From assembly GCA_000320545.1 (NCBI GenBank), contig ADNK01002641.1, positions 15,310 to 79,309 on the forward strand: DNA of 64,000 nt. Direction: 5' to 3'. Made by a program: the position numbers and the translations under genes. Of the stretch, positions 26,301 to 37,054 are shown piece after piece; the first letter of the stretch is position 1, and each line of letters begins with the position of its first letter. The stretch comes from Bigelowiella natans CCMP2755. Its lineage: Eukaryota; Protista; Cercozoa. Under the pieces are notes generated by a model, which was not told the origin of the DNA, did not search any database, and saw only the letters and a list, made by a program, of their open reading frames with translations.

Positions 26301-28941
26301 CAGCATCGTTGACCTTTTTCATGCCAATGACCACCCGACAGGTGCTCTTGCCTTTGTCCCAGACAGGAAATGCAGGTGAAGTGGCCATCACTTTTTCTTC
26401 ATTCGACACTTTGTGACACAACCCATGTTTTTCCAGTTCTTCCAACTTGGTCTCCATCGCATTTGATCTGTCCGGGGGCAACCGGCAAGCCTTTTGGTGT
26501 GCAAACTTCTTTCCTGGTGGAAGGTGATCGTGGACTTCACGTTTCGGCACACGTGATTCTCCTGTCTCAGGTGCATTTTCCACAAATCGCGACGAATGAC
26601 GACACAGGACACGACGTGGGCAATGAAATTGTTCTCTTGACGTCATGAGTGTGGAACCTGCGCGGAACTCTTTCTCCACTCTGTTCAGCATGCGCAAGCA
26701 GTCTCCCGAAGCAAGTTCCGCATTGGCACGTTCTGATTCTCTGTGGACGCATTGGAGCGATGCGATCTTGCCGAGACTGTGTTCAATTTCCTCATCAGGT
26801 GCCCCCGTGCCGCAGACGTGGTCGCACTCTCTCAATCGGGAATCCGCTGCATCTGACAGGTCGAGTGTTTCGTGGACTAGACATGAATTTGATGGCCTTT
26901 TGGCTTTGTTTCGTTCACCTTCGTTGACACCCGCATCCTGGGCTGATGCAGGTGAGGCCAGCAAGTTGCTTTCCAGTGCAAGTGAGTTTGCATTTCGAAG
27001 GTGAGAAGTGCAGGGATGAGAGCAAACAGGTGTGCCATCAATTGTGACTTTGCGGTGTTCGGGTTTGGGGTCTGGGCACGACGTGATGCGGTGCAAGTTT
27101 CTCACATCTTGGCCAATTGCAAAGTCAAAGTTTGCATTCCCATCCAGGACCATGGCAAAAATCCTGAGCCTCACGTGTCCCCCCCGAGCGGTTTTGCACT
27201 TCACTCTTGTCTCAAATTCCACCTCACCCTCCATGCGGACACAGGTGGCACTCAAACCTCCAACCTGGCCACTCATCTTTGTCCTTTTCATTTTTGCACC
27301 TGGCTCACTGAGCAATTTGATCTTTTGCAGGCCAATGGTGGTGGGCTGCGATCCATCGTCAAGGAGTGCTTTCATCTCAGCAGGTCCACTCTTGCCTTCC
27401 ACAAGTGCCCTTGGCACATTGCGTTGGCGTGAAGACTCGTTTGCATTGCAGGGCTCAGAGGCGATGTTGACCTGTGGGATGTTCATTTTTGCCAACTCTG
27501 TCATGTCGTTTTCCACAGTTTGCACTGCGTCCTTGCCGGATTCCCTCCAGTCACTGTTCAAGGCATCAGAAGAGGGATGGAGGCCAGGGTTCACTTTGGG
27601 GCAACTCGCATCCACTGTGACCTTCGACAAATTTGTCGCTTCATCCCCTGGGTCGTGCGAGAATCTGCATCTCTTGCCCCATTCACATTTTCCCTCTCTG
27701 ACACATTTGCACAGCCTGTTGGACTTCCCTCCTTTCTCATGACCACGTTTGCATTCATTTCCACATCGACAAGTTCCTTTTTTGTGGAAGTTGAAGCAGA
27801 TCTTCTTCTTCTTGTTCCCTTCCATTCCAATTGCATTCACACCATTGCATTTCGGTTGTGACTCCTGAATCATTTCCTCTCCAATTCTCAGCTGTTTGAA
27901 GAGTTCGGCTGGAGTCATGCTCGTGGTGTCGTGATGTGCCATGGCTAGGAGTGGGGATCGACCACATCTGTGGTTTTGCAACAGTGTTTTGCAATGGTTC
28001 ATCCTGTCGCACCTGTCAATCTTGCATGTCGGGAACAGACTGCACACTTGTTTGCACTTGCTGTGCACTTGGTCTGCAAATCTGAATTTCTCCTTTCGCA
28101 GTTTGTCAAACTCCTTGTTGAACCCAAACCTTGTGTCTTGCGGGGACTCTTCGCCACACAGGTGTTGCATTCCTTGTTCGAGTTTCTCGCGATGATCCAT
28201 TTGGCATTGCCGTTCCTTCTCCTGTTTTTTGACGTGCAGGTCGAATCCATCCCGTGCATCCTGGGACAATGTCGTTCGGAAGAACTCGCATCCGAATCTC
28301 ACATCCGCTCCAAAGAGTTCGCTGTGCCCTGCGATTTGACTCTGGATTCTTCTCACCCTCTTCCGAAACTTTTCACGGCAAACAAAGGCTGGGTCCAGTT
28401 CTCCCCTCACCTTGATTTTCTTTCCGAACATTTCCACAGCTTTCGCTCTGTGAGACATTCCTCGGCAATCCCCGATGTCTTGTTCTCGCATTTCATTTTG
28501 TTTCTTTTCCTCTGCTACCGTTGCATCTTCCTCGTCTGTCAAGTCCTCCGCTGCTTCCGGATTTTCTGTGAAGTGTTTCCACGTTTTCTCCGGCACTCCT
28601 TTGTCACCATGTCGATCTGTGAAGAACCCACGGGAACTGCGATTGTCTCGCAAGCTGCGGACATCCTTGTTGAAATTGACCGCCAGTTTCTCCTGGATGG
28701 ACACCCCTTCCAGGACCATTCGAAACTTGTCAATTTCCATCCTGAGCAGAACTTCCTGCCAATTGGATTCCTTCAAGTCACCTGTGGCACCTGCAGCAAC
28801 AGGTCCTCCTGTTTCAATGTGCATCACCTCTGGCACTTTTTCCTTTCCTTCCACTGCGCCGCTGCCATCTGCGACAACTGAGAGCAACCTCCCAGTGTCG
28901 GCTTCTGTCTCTGCCAAACTGGCAAGCTCGTCGCCGCTCAT
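23333..28941 (-). pseudogene. gag-pol polyprotein, disrupted (in-frame TGA at 26224-26226; frameshifts near 24195 and 23830)
   Basis: Two CCCH fingers; protease ALLDDGSQ; RT DAKSG..Q, LPFGCKSAP, VHVDD; RNase H VDVDAS..GATLSQ, HKNADC; integrase HHCC, ILTDQGPEF, IERKNR and C-terminal KVGDPVWL..GP. ORFs 26224-28941 and 24175-26172 are in the same frame. Confidence 0.93.
28855..28867 (-). promoter_or_regulatory. Primer-binding site (TGGCAGCGG.., compatible with a tRNA-Leu 3' end)
   Basis: TGG begins 2 nt after the 5' LTR on the minus strand; tRNA identity inferred. Confidence 0.6.
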
Positions 28942-29291
28942 TCAGCAAAAACAATCAAACTTTCCAATGAACAATGAAACCCTGATGACATTGGTGACTT
29001 CAGAACACACGCATGTGCACGCTCAAACAAACACACTGACCGCTTTCAAACTTCTAGCGAACTGACTGCTGGATGCGGGTTCGCTGCCATTGACCAATCG
29101 AGGCAGCTACGTGCACACAAACTTGGTTTTCCCAAACTGCTTGCTTCCCATTTGATGACTCAATTTGCTCATCAACCAACAGCACCAACTGAACCCAAAA
29201 CTGCCAAAACTGCAGGGCATTTCAACGGGATCAACTTGACTCAATTGACCACTTTCAACGGTCAAATTCCTTTGAATTTTCCGCCGTCACA
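28870..29291 (-). repeat. 5' LTR (422 bp)
   Basis: Direct repeat of 22796-23217. Confidence 0.97.
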
Positions 29292-29296
29292 CATGC

Positions 29297-29773
29297 AGTC
29301 GATTGGTTGAGAATCGCATGGCTTGACTGCCCAGCTGCCAGCTGTTGGTCAGTCAGTCAGTGAGTTGGTCATCATTCCAGTTGCATCCTTGACATGACAG
29401 CCCATCCATGCAATCGTTCATCGATTGAGTGGTTGTTGTCACAGACGACGACAGTGAAAAAATGAAACAATGAAACAATGATGAAAAACCACACTTCCAA
29501 AGTGTTGCAAGACACTTGCAGCGTGCAAAGTGCAGTGCCTCGAACTGGTTTCAGTGAGGACTGTGACCAGCAAATCAACCAGCTGGTTTGCCAAAATGGC
29601 ATGACTTGGTCATTGAGAAGCAATGACATTGGCAGCAAAATTCTGACGGCGCAAGACCTCCACTCTGAGCAAAAACTTCCTGAAGGCCATGTCCACATGA
29701 CGATCCACGATTGGATCGTCTGAGGGGGCCCCCAGCAGAACTTTGGTTTTGGAGGAGTCTGGAGCGTCAAAGA
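29297..29773. mobile_element. TpA-depleted relic of a dispersed repeat family
   Basis: Homologous to 11500-11700 and 47010-47220 (minus-strand RGTALCTLQVSCNTLE vs RGTAFRTLQVSSSNTLE). Confidence 0.65.
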
Positions 29774-30735
29774 CAAGGGGGGTTCACTCCCACGGGTTTT
29801 GGTCCGTGTCATGCTCGGCGGTTTTGCTCCGGCGTCAGCCGGGAAAATTTTTTCGATTTCACCCAAAAAGTGCAAATTTTGTTCAAATTCCTCAATGTTT
29901 TCTTCAAAAACCATCCACAAAGTGTCCAGTGAAATTGCCCAAGATGCACATTGGCGGAACTCTTGGCATCGAGTCACTGGGATGTCTCAGATGTGCCCAA
30001 CCTACTTCCCTGGCGCATGCAGATTTGATCAATGCTTTGTTCATCGTTCATTGTTCATCATTCCCGCCCTTCCCATCGATGTGTGCACCAGCGTGTGTGA
30101 CTGATCACGTGCGCAGCGTCGATCATCCAGTCGTGCGCGACGTCGCGACGTGTCTAGCTTCAATTTGATGATCAAGTGACAAGTGTGCATCAGAGTGGGA
30201 AGCTGTGAGTGCTTGCGTGCGCGCGCGCTGGGCACGCACAAAGTGTGCCAGTCTGGCAGTGTGCGCCATCGTGCCCACACGTCTTGCTCGTGCGTCCAAT
30301 CCCAAGCAGCTCTGGAGCTGCGCGTCGCGCATCACATCCAGCTTCATTGATTGCCGCATCGGCACCGTGCAGGCCGCTAGGAGCCACACATCGAAAACTC
30401 ACCTGAGTCAAAACCACAAAAAAAAAGCACCTTTTTGGCGCGGAAACGTTCAATTTTGCGAATTTTGGAGTGGAACTTCTGGAGGTGATGGAGTTGCTGT
30501 TGACACGGCCTTTGAGCATGTTTTTTTGAGCCAACACGCAAAGTGGACCCTTTCCGCGGCACCCAAAGTTTTTGCCCTCGATTTTTTTCCTTGAAAATCC
30601 ACTTTTTTGCACCCCTTTCTGGACAATTCTGGACCTTCTCACACGTCCAGAAGTCTTCTGTGGTGCTTCGGAAGAAGTTTGGAGTGGATTCCGAGCATGA
30701 TACGGACCAAAACCCGTGGGAGTGAACCCCCCTTG
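29774..30735. mobile_element. Non-autonomous TIR DNA transposon (962 bp; hAT- or P-like)
   Basis: ~45-bp TIRs CAAGGGGGGTTCACTCCCACGGGTTTTGGTCCGT(G/A)TCATGCTCGG; 8-bp TSD GTCAAAGA at 29766-29773 and 30736-30743; no transposase recognisable. Confidence 0.93.
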
Positions 30736-32132
30736 GTCAAAGAATGAAGAGTGGAGGGTTAGTGTGTGTGTCAGTCAGTGTGTCAGTCAGTCATTCTGTT
30801 CGCAGCATCATCTTTGACTTACCAGCCATGTTTTTCCACCGATTAGATCGTAGTCATTTTCACAGGTGGATGTTGTCTTACAAAGGGCATTGCGAAAGTC
30901 AGAAATTCGCATTCATCGATTTAGTTCTGGACTGAAAGCAACACCAAAAACATCTAACAAAAATTGCCCAATGTGAAAAAATATGGCAATAACAGCAACA
31001 ACAGCCCTGTTCGTCAGACGACCTAGCTGCACTGCCATCATCAGCACTCCACCCTCTCCCCCTTCCCACAAGCAAAACTTCACAAAACTACGACGACAGC
31101 AATACATTCACCATCAAATCGTCATTATTGCTGGCTGTCGCATTCTCCCCTCCCTGCATCCCTCCTTCCTTCCTGTCTGTACATTTAGCTAGACCTAGTG
31201 GCGGAAGAAGAAGCAGAAGTAGCCAGCAACTGAGTTACACATCACAACAAAACAGCTTGGTGTAGCTACTACTGCTACTTTCTTTTAATGCGGAAGGCTA
31301 TCCATCGACATGCAATTGCGCTGAAGAACGATCTTGTTCGGGAGCAGAAGGTAGCCAGTAGTCCTCCGTGTTGATAATAACTAGTACCAGTATGTCAGTG
31401 CTCTGTTTCATGACAGCAGCGCACATTTTATTCCCTGACGGTGCTGTGCTATTATTATTATTATTTTTATTATTATTATTATTTGCTGCTCAGAGGACAT
31501 ACTTCAAATGCATCTTCATAGGTTAAACAACAGCAACAACTGTGTATCATTACCACACACTGATTAATGATAATAATGGTAGTCAATAAGAGAATGAATG
31601 ATACCACAAACTACACTACTGGCATCCAGTTAGTAAATAATACGCGCAGACAACATGTATTACATGTTTTATGTGCATTAGGACTAAATTCACAGAAGTT
31701 TTAATGCTGTGTATGATGAAGGAGGAAACTATGTGTACGCATGAAGCTTATAAATGTTACTATGTTATACACTACTACTCCTACATATGTTATTATGTAT
31801 GTTCTACTACTGCCAACTACTGCTTACTACTGCTGCTACTACTACTATTACTACTCTCATTCTTATGATACGACTACAAGGTGTGCTAATATTCGGTTCC
31901 GTTCATTTGGCGTTAATGATTATCAAGAACCCAGCTTTTGAGGTAGTACCACTCTCACTATTCATTGATATCGATGACTGAAAACAATTACTGTGATGAA
32001 GATGATTTGAATAATCATCAAAAATACTTTTACTACTATTACTTACTACTACTACTGATTCTCAATGATAACGAAACGACGGTACATCTTTATTCAGAAT
32101 TCCATTTATTTTCGATCTTCATCTTCGGCTTT

Positions 32133-32164
<32 letters not shown>

Positions 32165-32190
32165 CATCGTCGTCATCTCCATCGAATAGA

Positions 32191-33152
32191 ATGCTTGGCC
32201 GAGTGAAAAGGTTATTTGGAAAATTGCAAAAGACACTTACTGTACGCACACACACACACACAAACACACACGCTCACACTGCTCTTCAAATCATATTATT
32301 ATCAGATTAGAAGATCTCAAATATGCGTTGGAGAAAATATCGTCCATTTTACAACGATCTACTAAGGGAGTCGTCAGTACTACCGCCAATCATCTTCCTC
32401 CGCAAAATACAATTAGAAAGCAGCAACAACAAGATCTCACTAAAAGTTTTTCTTCTTCTGACGTCATTTCGGAAAAGTATGTGAAAATGATAAATAAATT
32501 AGACCACCTTTTATTATCTTTCGTTTTAGTACGGCTTAGATGCCATGATTCTTTACTTGTAGATCACTAACTAACGATATAATGTTGTTTACATAGTGTA
32601 AATCTAATTGATATATAAAATCCATCCATTGCTTGGTGTTGATATGGCAATTATAACCATCGTTTCTATCACAAAGCTACTACTATTACTACTGCTGTGT
32701 GTGTATGAATGTTTGTGTGTTTGTGTGTGTGTATGTGTGTGTAGTTTGTGGTTTTTGAGAAAGACCCCTTCAATAAAGAATAAACCGTATTGAAATAACA
32801 TTATGTCGATTGTGCTACAGCCTAAACAGCATTTCTCTTCATTTTACCCAATTTTCTCCTTGTTCTTACATGTATCATTATTATATGCTGATTGCATATG
32901 TGATTTAATTTACCAATAGAGGTGGTCTATCGGGTGCTGCTTTCCCACCGGAGAGTAACATCCTATCGTCGTCATCATCATCATCATCAATATCATCATC
33001 AGTACCTTCCACAGGTAAATCAAGACTAGAGATATTGTGTATTTGGTGATTACATGTATGAATTACTACGGCATTCTTCGTTTATTGCTAATGTTATAGT
33101 TATTACACACAAATACATGCACGTACACATACACACACGCACACACAGAAAC

Positions 33153-33200
<48 letters not shown>

Positions 33201-33915
33201 TACTAAATATTCATATGCATATAATGATGTGTAGAATGTAATACTAAGTGATTATGCTGATCAACAACTATAGAAGGTGAGACCAACAATGGACGAGATG
33301 AAGCAAAATTAAATGAAATAAAAGCAAGTTTTAAGCTTGCATGGGTATTGATGATATCCCGAAGATGATGCTGCATCGTATGATGATGATGATGATGATG
33401 ATGATGTTAATGATAATGACAATGCTCAATCCATACAGAACTGTTTTATTGTGGATAACCTTTTTTGCCGATGTTACATGAGTGATACTAAATGGTAATG
33501 ACTGCTGACTTATCTTCTTTGCCTGTGATTGTGTTGTACATTGTCTATATGTGGTGCTACCTGCCAATTTTGTAATTGATGATTTACAATTTGATGTCCT
33601 CCGTCTGATTATCGTCGCATGAATTCGTATTGTCCTTCAAGGCAAACTACTTACTTACCACTTAAGTTGCTGTAATTCACCGTAACTACCCTTATTCAGT
33701 TTACGTTCATCATCATTATCATCTTCTTCTTCTTCTTCTTCTCCTTCTCAGAATGGGTATTCTAAGTACTGTTGGGGGAGGGATGAGCTAAAGTAGTACT
33801 ATTTAGTAAGTAGGCGTATGAAGCAGTAGATTGGATAATGATGATGATGATGATTTTGATGACGATCGTTTAAAGAAATATGATGATGGAAACTAAAAAG
33901 AGGGGAAGGATGATA

Positions 33916-33959
<44 letters not shown>

Positions 33960-34362
33960 GTAGTAGTGGTAATGCTACTATTACAGAATGAATAATAACT
34001 TCTTTGTGTTGCGTACTAATTTATTGTTGTTCCAAAAGTAATTAGTTTATTATGTGATGTTATCATATTTTATCGCTATTTCACATGTTATTTATCGCAT
34101 GTATTGTATATGAATATAAAAGCCAGCAATTAGTTTTTGTTTACGATTTGTTAACATTATTATTTTCATTAACTTTATTATCATTTGTTAGAATGTGTGT
34201 GTGTGTGTGTGTGTATGCGTGTGTGCGTGTTTCGTGGGTACTCACGATGAATTTATATATACAACATAACCCTACTAAATGGATTTAATGAATTAATATT
34301 GTCAGACCATTAAATGTATTTAATGAATGAATATTGTCAGACCATTAAGTACATGGATTTAA

Positions 34363-34404
<42 letters not shown>

Positions 34405-35303
34405 CAGACCTTTAAGTAAAAGCTGCAATGACTGGGTACACATGGGCCTTACTATTATCGATGCTTTGGGTGAAAATAAACAATTAGTTAGTTAGTTAGT
34501 AGTGTACATTCGTAAGGAAAGAGAAGGAGGAGGAGGAGGAGACAATAAATGAAATTTTAAAAAATGATTGCATTACATTGTACATGATTGAGAAGAATAC
34601 CACAAGGGAAAAGAAGCACAAAACAAAAGTAGTAGGGAGAGCAGAACCTCTTACATTAAAGATATTTCAAAACTACACTTTAGCAGTGAATTTAATCTTA
34701 TGAATATGGGCGGTAGGTATTAAATATATCGTGATCATCATATTCTAAATATATCGTGATCATCATATTCTAAATATATCGTGATCATCGTATTCTAAAT
34801 ATATCGTGATCATCATATTCTAAATATATCGTGATCATCGTATTCTAATCCAATAGATTCATTGTTCATTATGGGATTTCGTGATGAGTTCCAAAAAGCG
34901 AAGGAATGGGTAAGTAGTACATAACATCATCACGGTTAATAACATAAAATTGATGATTCAAAGTACAATCTCTACCGTTTATTATCATCATCATTAGTGT
35001 AATTGATTCCTTAGTAATTGTGTTTAAAAAATGGAGACGGAAGATGTAACTAACCTACATTGAATGAAGTATTAACTGCTGATATTTATATCCTTTTCAT
35101 ATCATCAATACTACTTGTAATATGTCACACTGATGACCATATTACTACTCAAATCCTACTTACTAGGTAAGAACGTCTCTTCAAACGAATATCAATCAGA
35201 AGATTTCTTTCTTTGAGGTAGTATTAACGACGGTGACGATAGAAAGAGTATTTTGATTTAAACGATTCATTCATTACAAATGCCATTGTATTTTCCATAA
35301 AAC

Positions 35304-35339
<36 letters not shown>

Positions 35340-35354
35340 CCAATATGTACATAC

Positions 35355-35396
<42 letters not shown>

Positions 35397-35724
35397 CTCA
35401 AGGTGGTGCACGTATGTGTTTGTGTGCGTATTTGTTTGCATAGTATTTGTTTGCATGCATGTCGCAAATCGGACTAAAATGTTCCCTTTTTGAGATTTTT
35501 ATACCAACAAAAAAGAACATTCATGTGTACCATTTTCATTCTTGAAATTATGTGCAGTGAATATAATCTCAAATCTATCATTTTTTTAATACGATCATCG
35601 TTGCTCATTATTTAGTATGAGGTAGAAGGTATTAGTAGATCATCGTTGCTCATTATTTAGTATGATGTAGGAGATATTAGTAGTTTTTACATCATTTACC
35701 TTAGATGTTTACTATCCATTCATT

Positions 35725-35759
<35 letters not shown>

Positions 35760-36477
35760 TACAATATTTACATCATATATATGTTGTACAACAGTCCATT
35801 ATTCGTGTGACGGGTGGGTTACTTTCTGCGTATGAGTTGTCTGGAGATAAAATATTTCTCGATAAAGCAGTAGAGGTTATAACTAATCTGCCGACAGATC
35901 GTGATTATGAGATCATTTATCTTCCTCTCATTGCGTAACACCATTATATGAATCATTGTCAGGTGCAAAATGGGCTAAATAAGGCATTTGATAAAACACA
36001 ATCAGGCCTACCCATATCAGAGATAAATCCTGTTACCGGACAAGGAGATGTATGGCATCACAAATGATGAGGGGAGGGGGAGAGAAATCAACATAGTGTT
36101 TTGACGATGATGAAGATGATGATAATGATGATGATGATAACGATTACGGTGATGGTAAGCTATATTAAACCACTTACACAGTAGTAGCATCTATTTCCAT
36201 GGTTTGCTTCTTCTTGCATGAATGAGCGAGCACTCTTTTCTTCGCTATATGATATGATATCAATAGCTACCAGGTTGGACTGGGAGGAATCTTATTCTTG
36301 CAGAAGTATGATTGTCGTTTTAACAAGATAGTAGTACTAGTAGTAGTAAGAATGTTGTCTACAAGAAATTAATTTATTTAATCGTCTTTTTATTAGAGAT
36401 GAAGGTGCGTCCATGATGATGTTTGTTCGTTAGATGAAAATTATATTCTATGATTGATAATAACACTCAAATCCTGA

Positions 36478-36508
<31 letters not shown>

Positions 36509-36818
36509 GTAGTAGTTGTTGTAAAGAGAAGGAGAACAATGATGGTGATAATAATTTCGCTGATTCGGCCTCATCAGCACATATTTTCTTTCATAAAAGA
36601 ATAGAGTATGATGTTTATGGTTGATATTTAATAGTGTTATATTAGATTGTAGTAGTAGCAGTTTTTAACAATTTGTATTATCCTCTTCAATTTATGATAT
36701 CACCAGATTTAATTTTAAAAATCTTCCTTTTCTTTTTCTTCTTCTTCTTTTGCAGGTGGCTTCTAATGTTTTGGAGTTCAGCAAACTAACGCAACTTACC
36801 AAAAACCCAGTATTATTG

Positions 36819-36876
<58 letters not shown>

Positions 36877-36930
36877 AGGGGGGGGAGGGAGAGAGATATC
36901 TTTATATTTACACCCTTATCACACACACAC

Positions 36931-36972
<42 letters not shown>

Positions 36973-37017
36973 GTGTATATGTAATACATATTTATTTCAA
37001 CCCACATATGGAAAAGT

Positions 37018-37054
<37 letters not shown>

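Larger units (their letters stand above)
22796..29291 (-). mobile_element. Full-length Ty3/gypsy LTR retrotransposon (6496 bp), hypermutated
   Basis: Two 422-bp TG..CA LTRs; TSD CATGC at 22791-22795 and 29292-29296; PBS and PPT present; domain order gag-PR-RT-RNaseH-IN. Confidence 0.97.

Noticed and set aside
24175-28941. Alternative genetic code or RNA editing restoring Tyr
   Set aside because: Host genes use Tyr normally; the element also has a stop and frameshifts; non-coding repeats show the same change
22260-30730. Dense overlapping Cys/His-rich ORFs in all six frames (also 46.6-51 kb and 62.8-63.7 kb)
   Set aside because: By-product of TA loss removing TAA and most TAG stops; only the minus-strand gag-pol has domain motifs
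21800-31100. Classical RIP or CpG decay as the cause of the TG/CA excess
   Set aside because: RIP increases TpA; CpG remains common here; Tyr->Cys/His requires a TA ancestor
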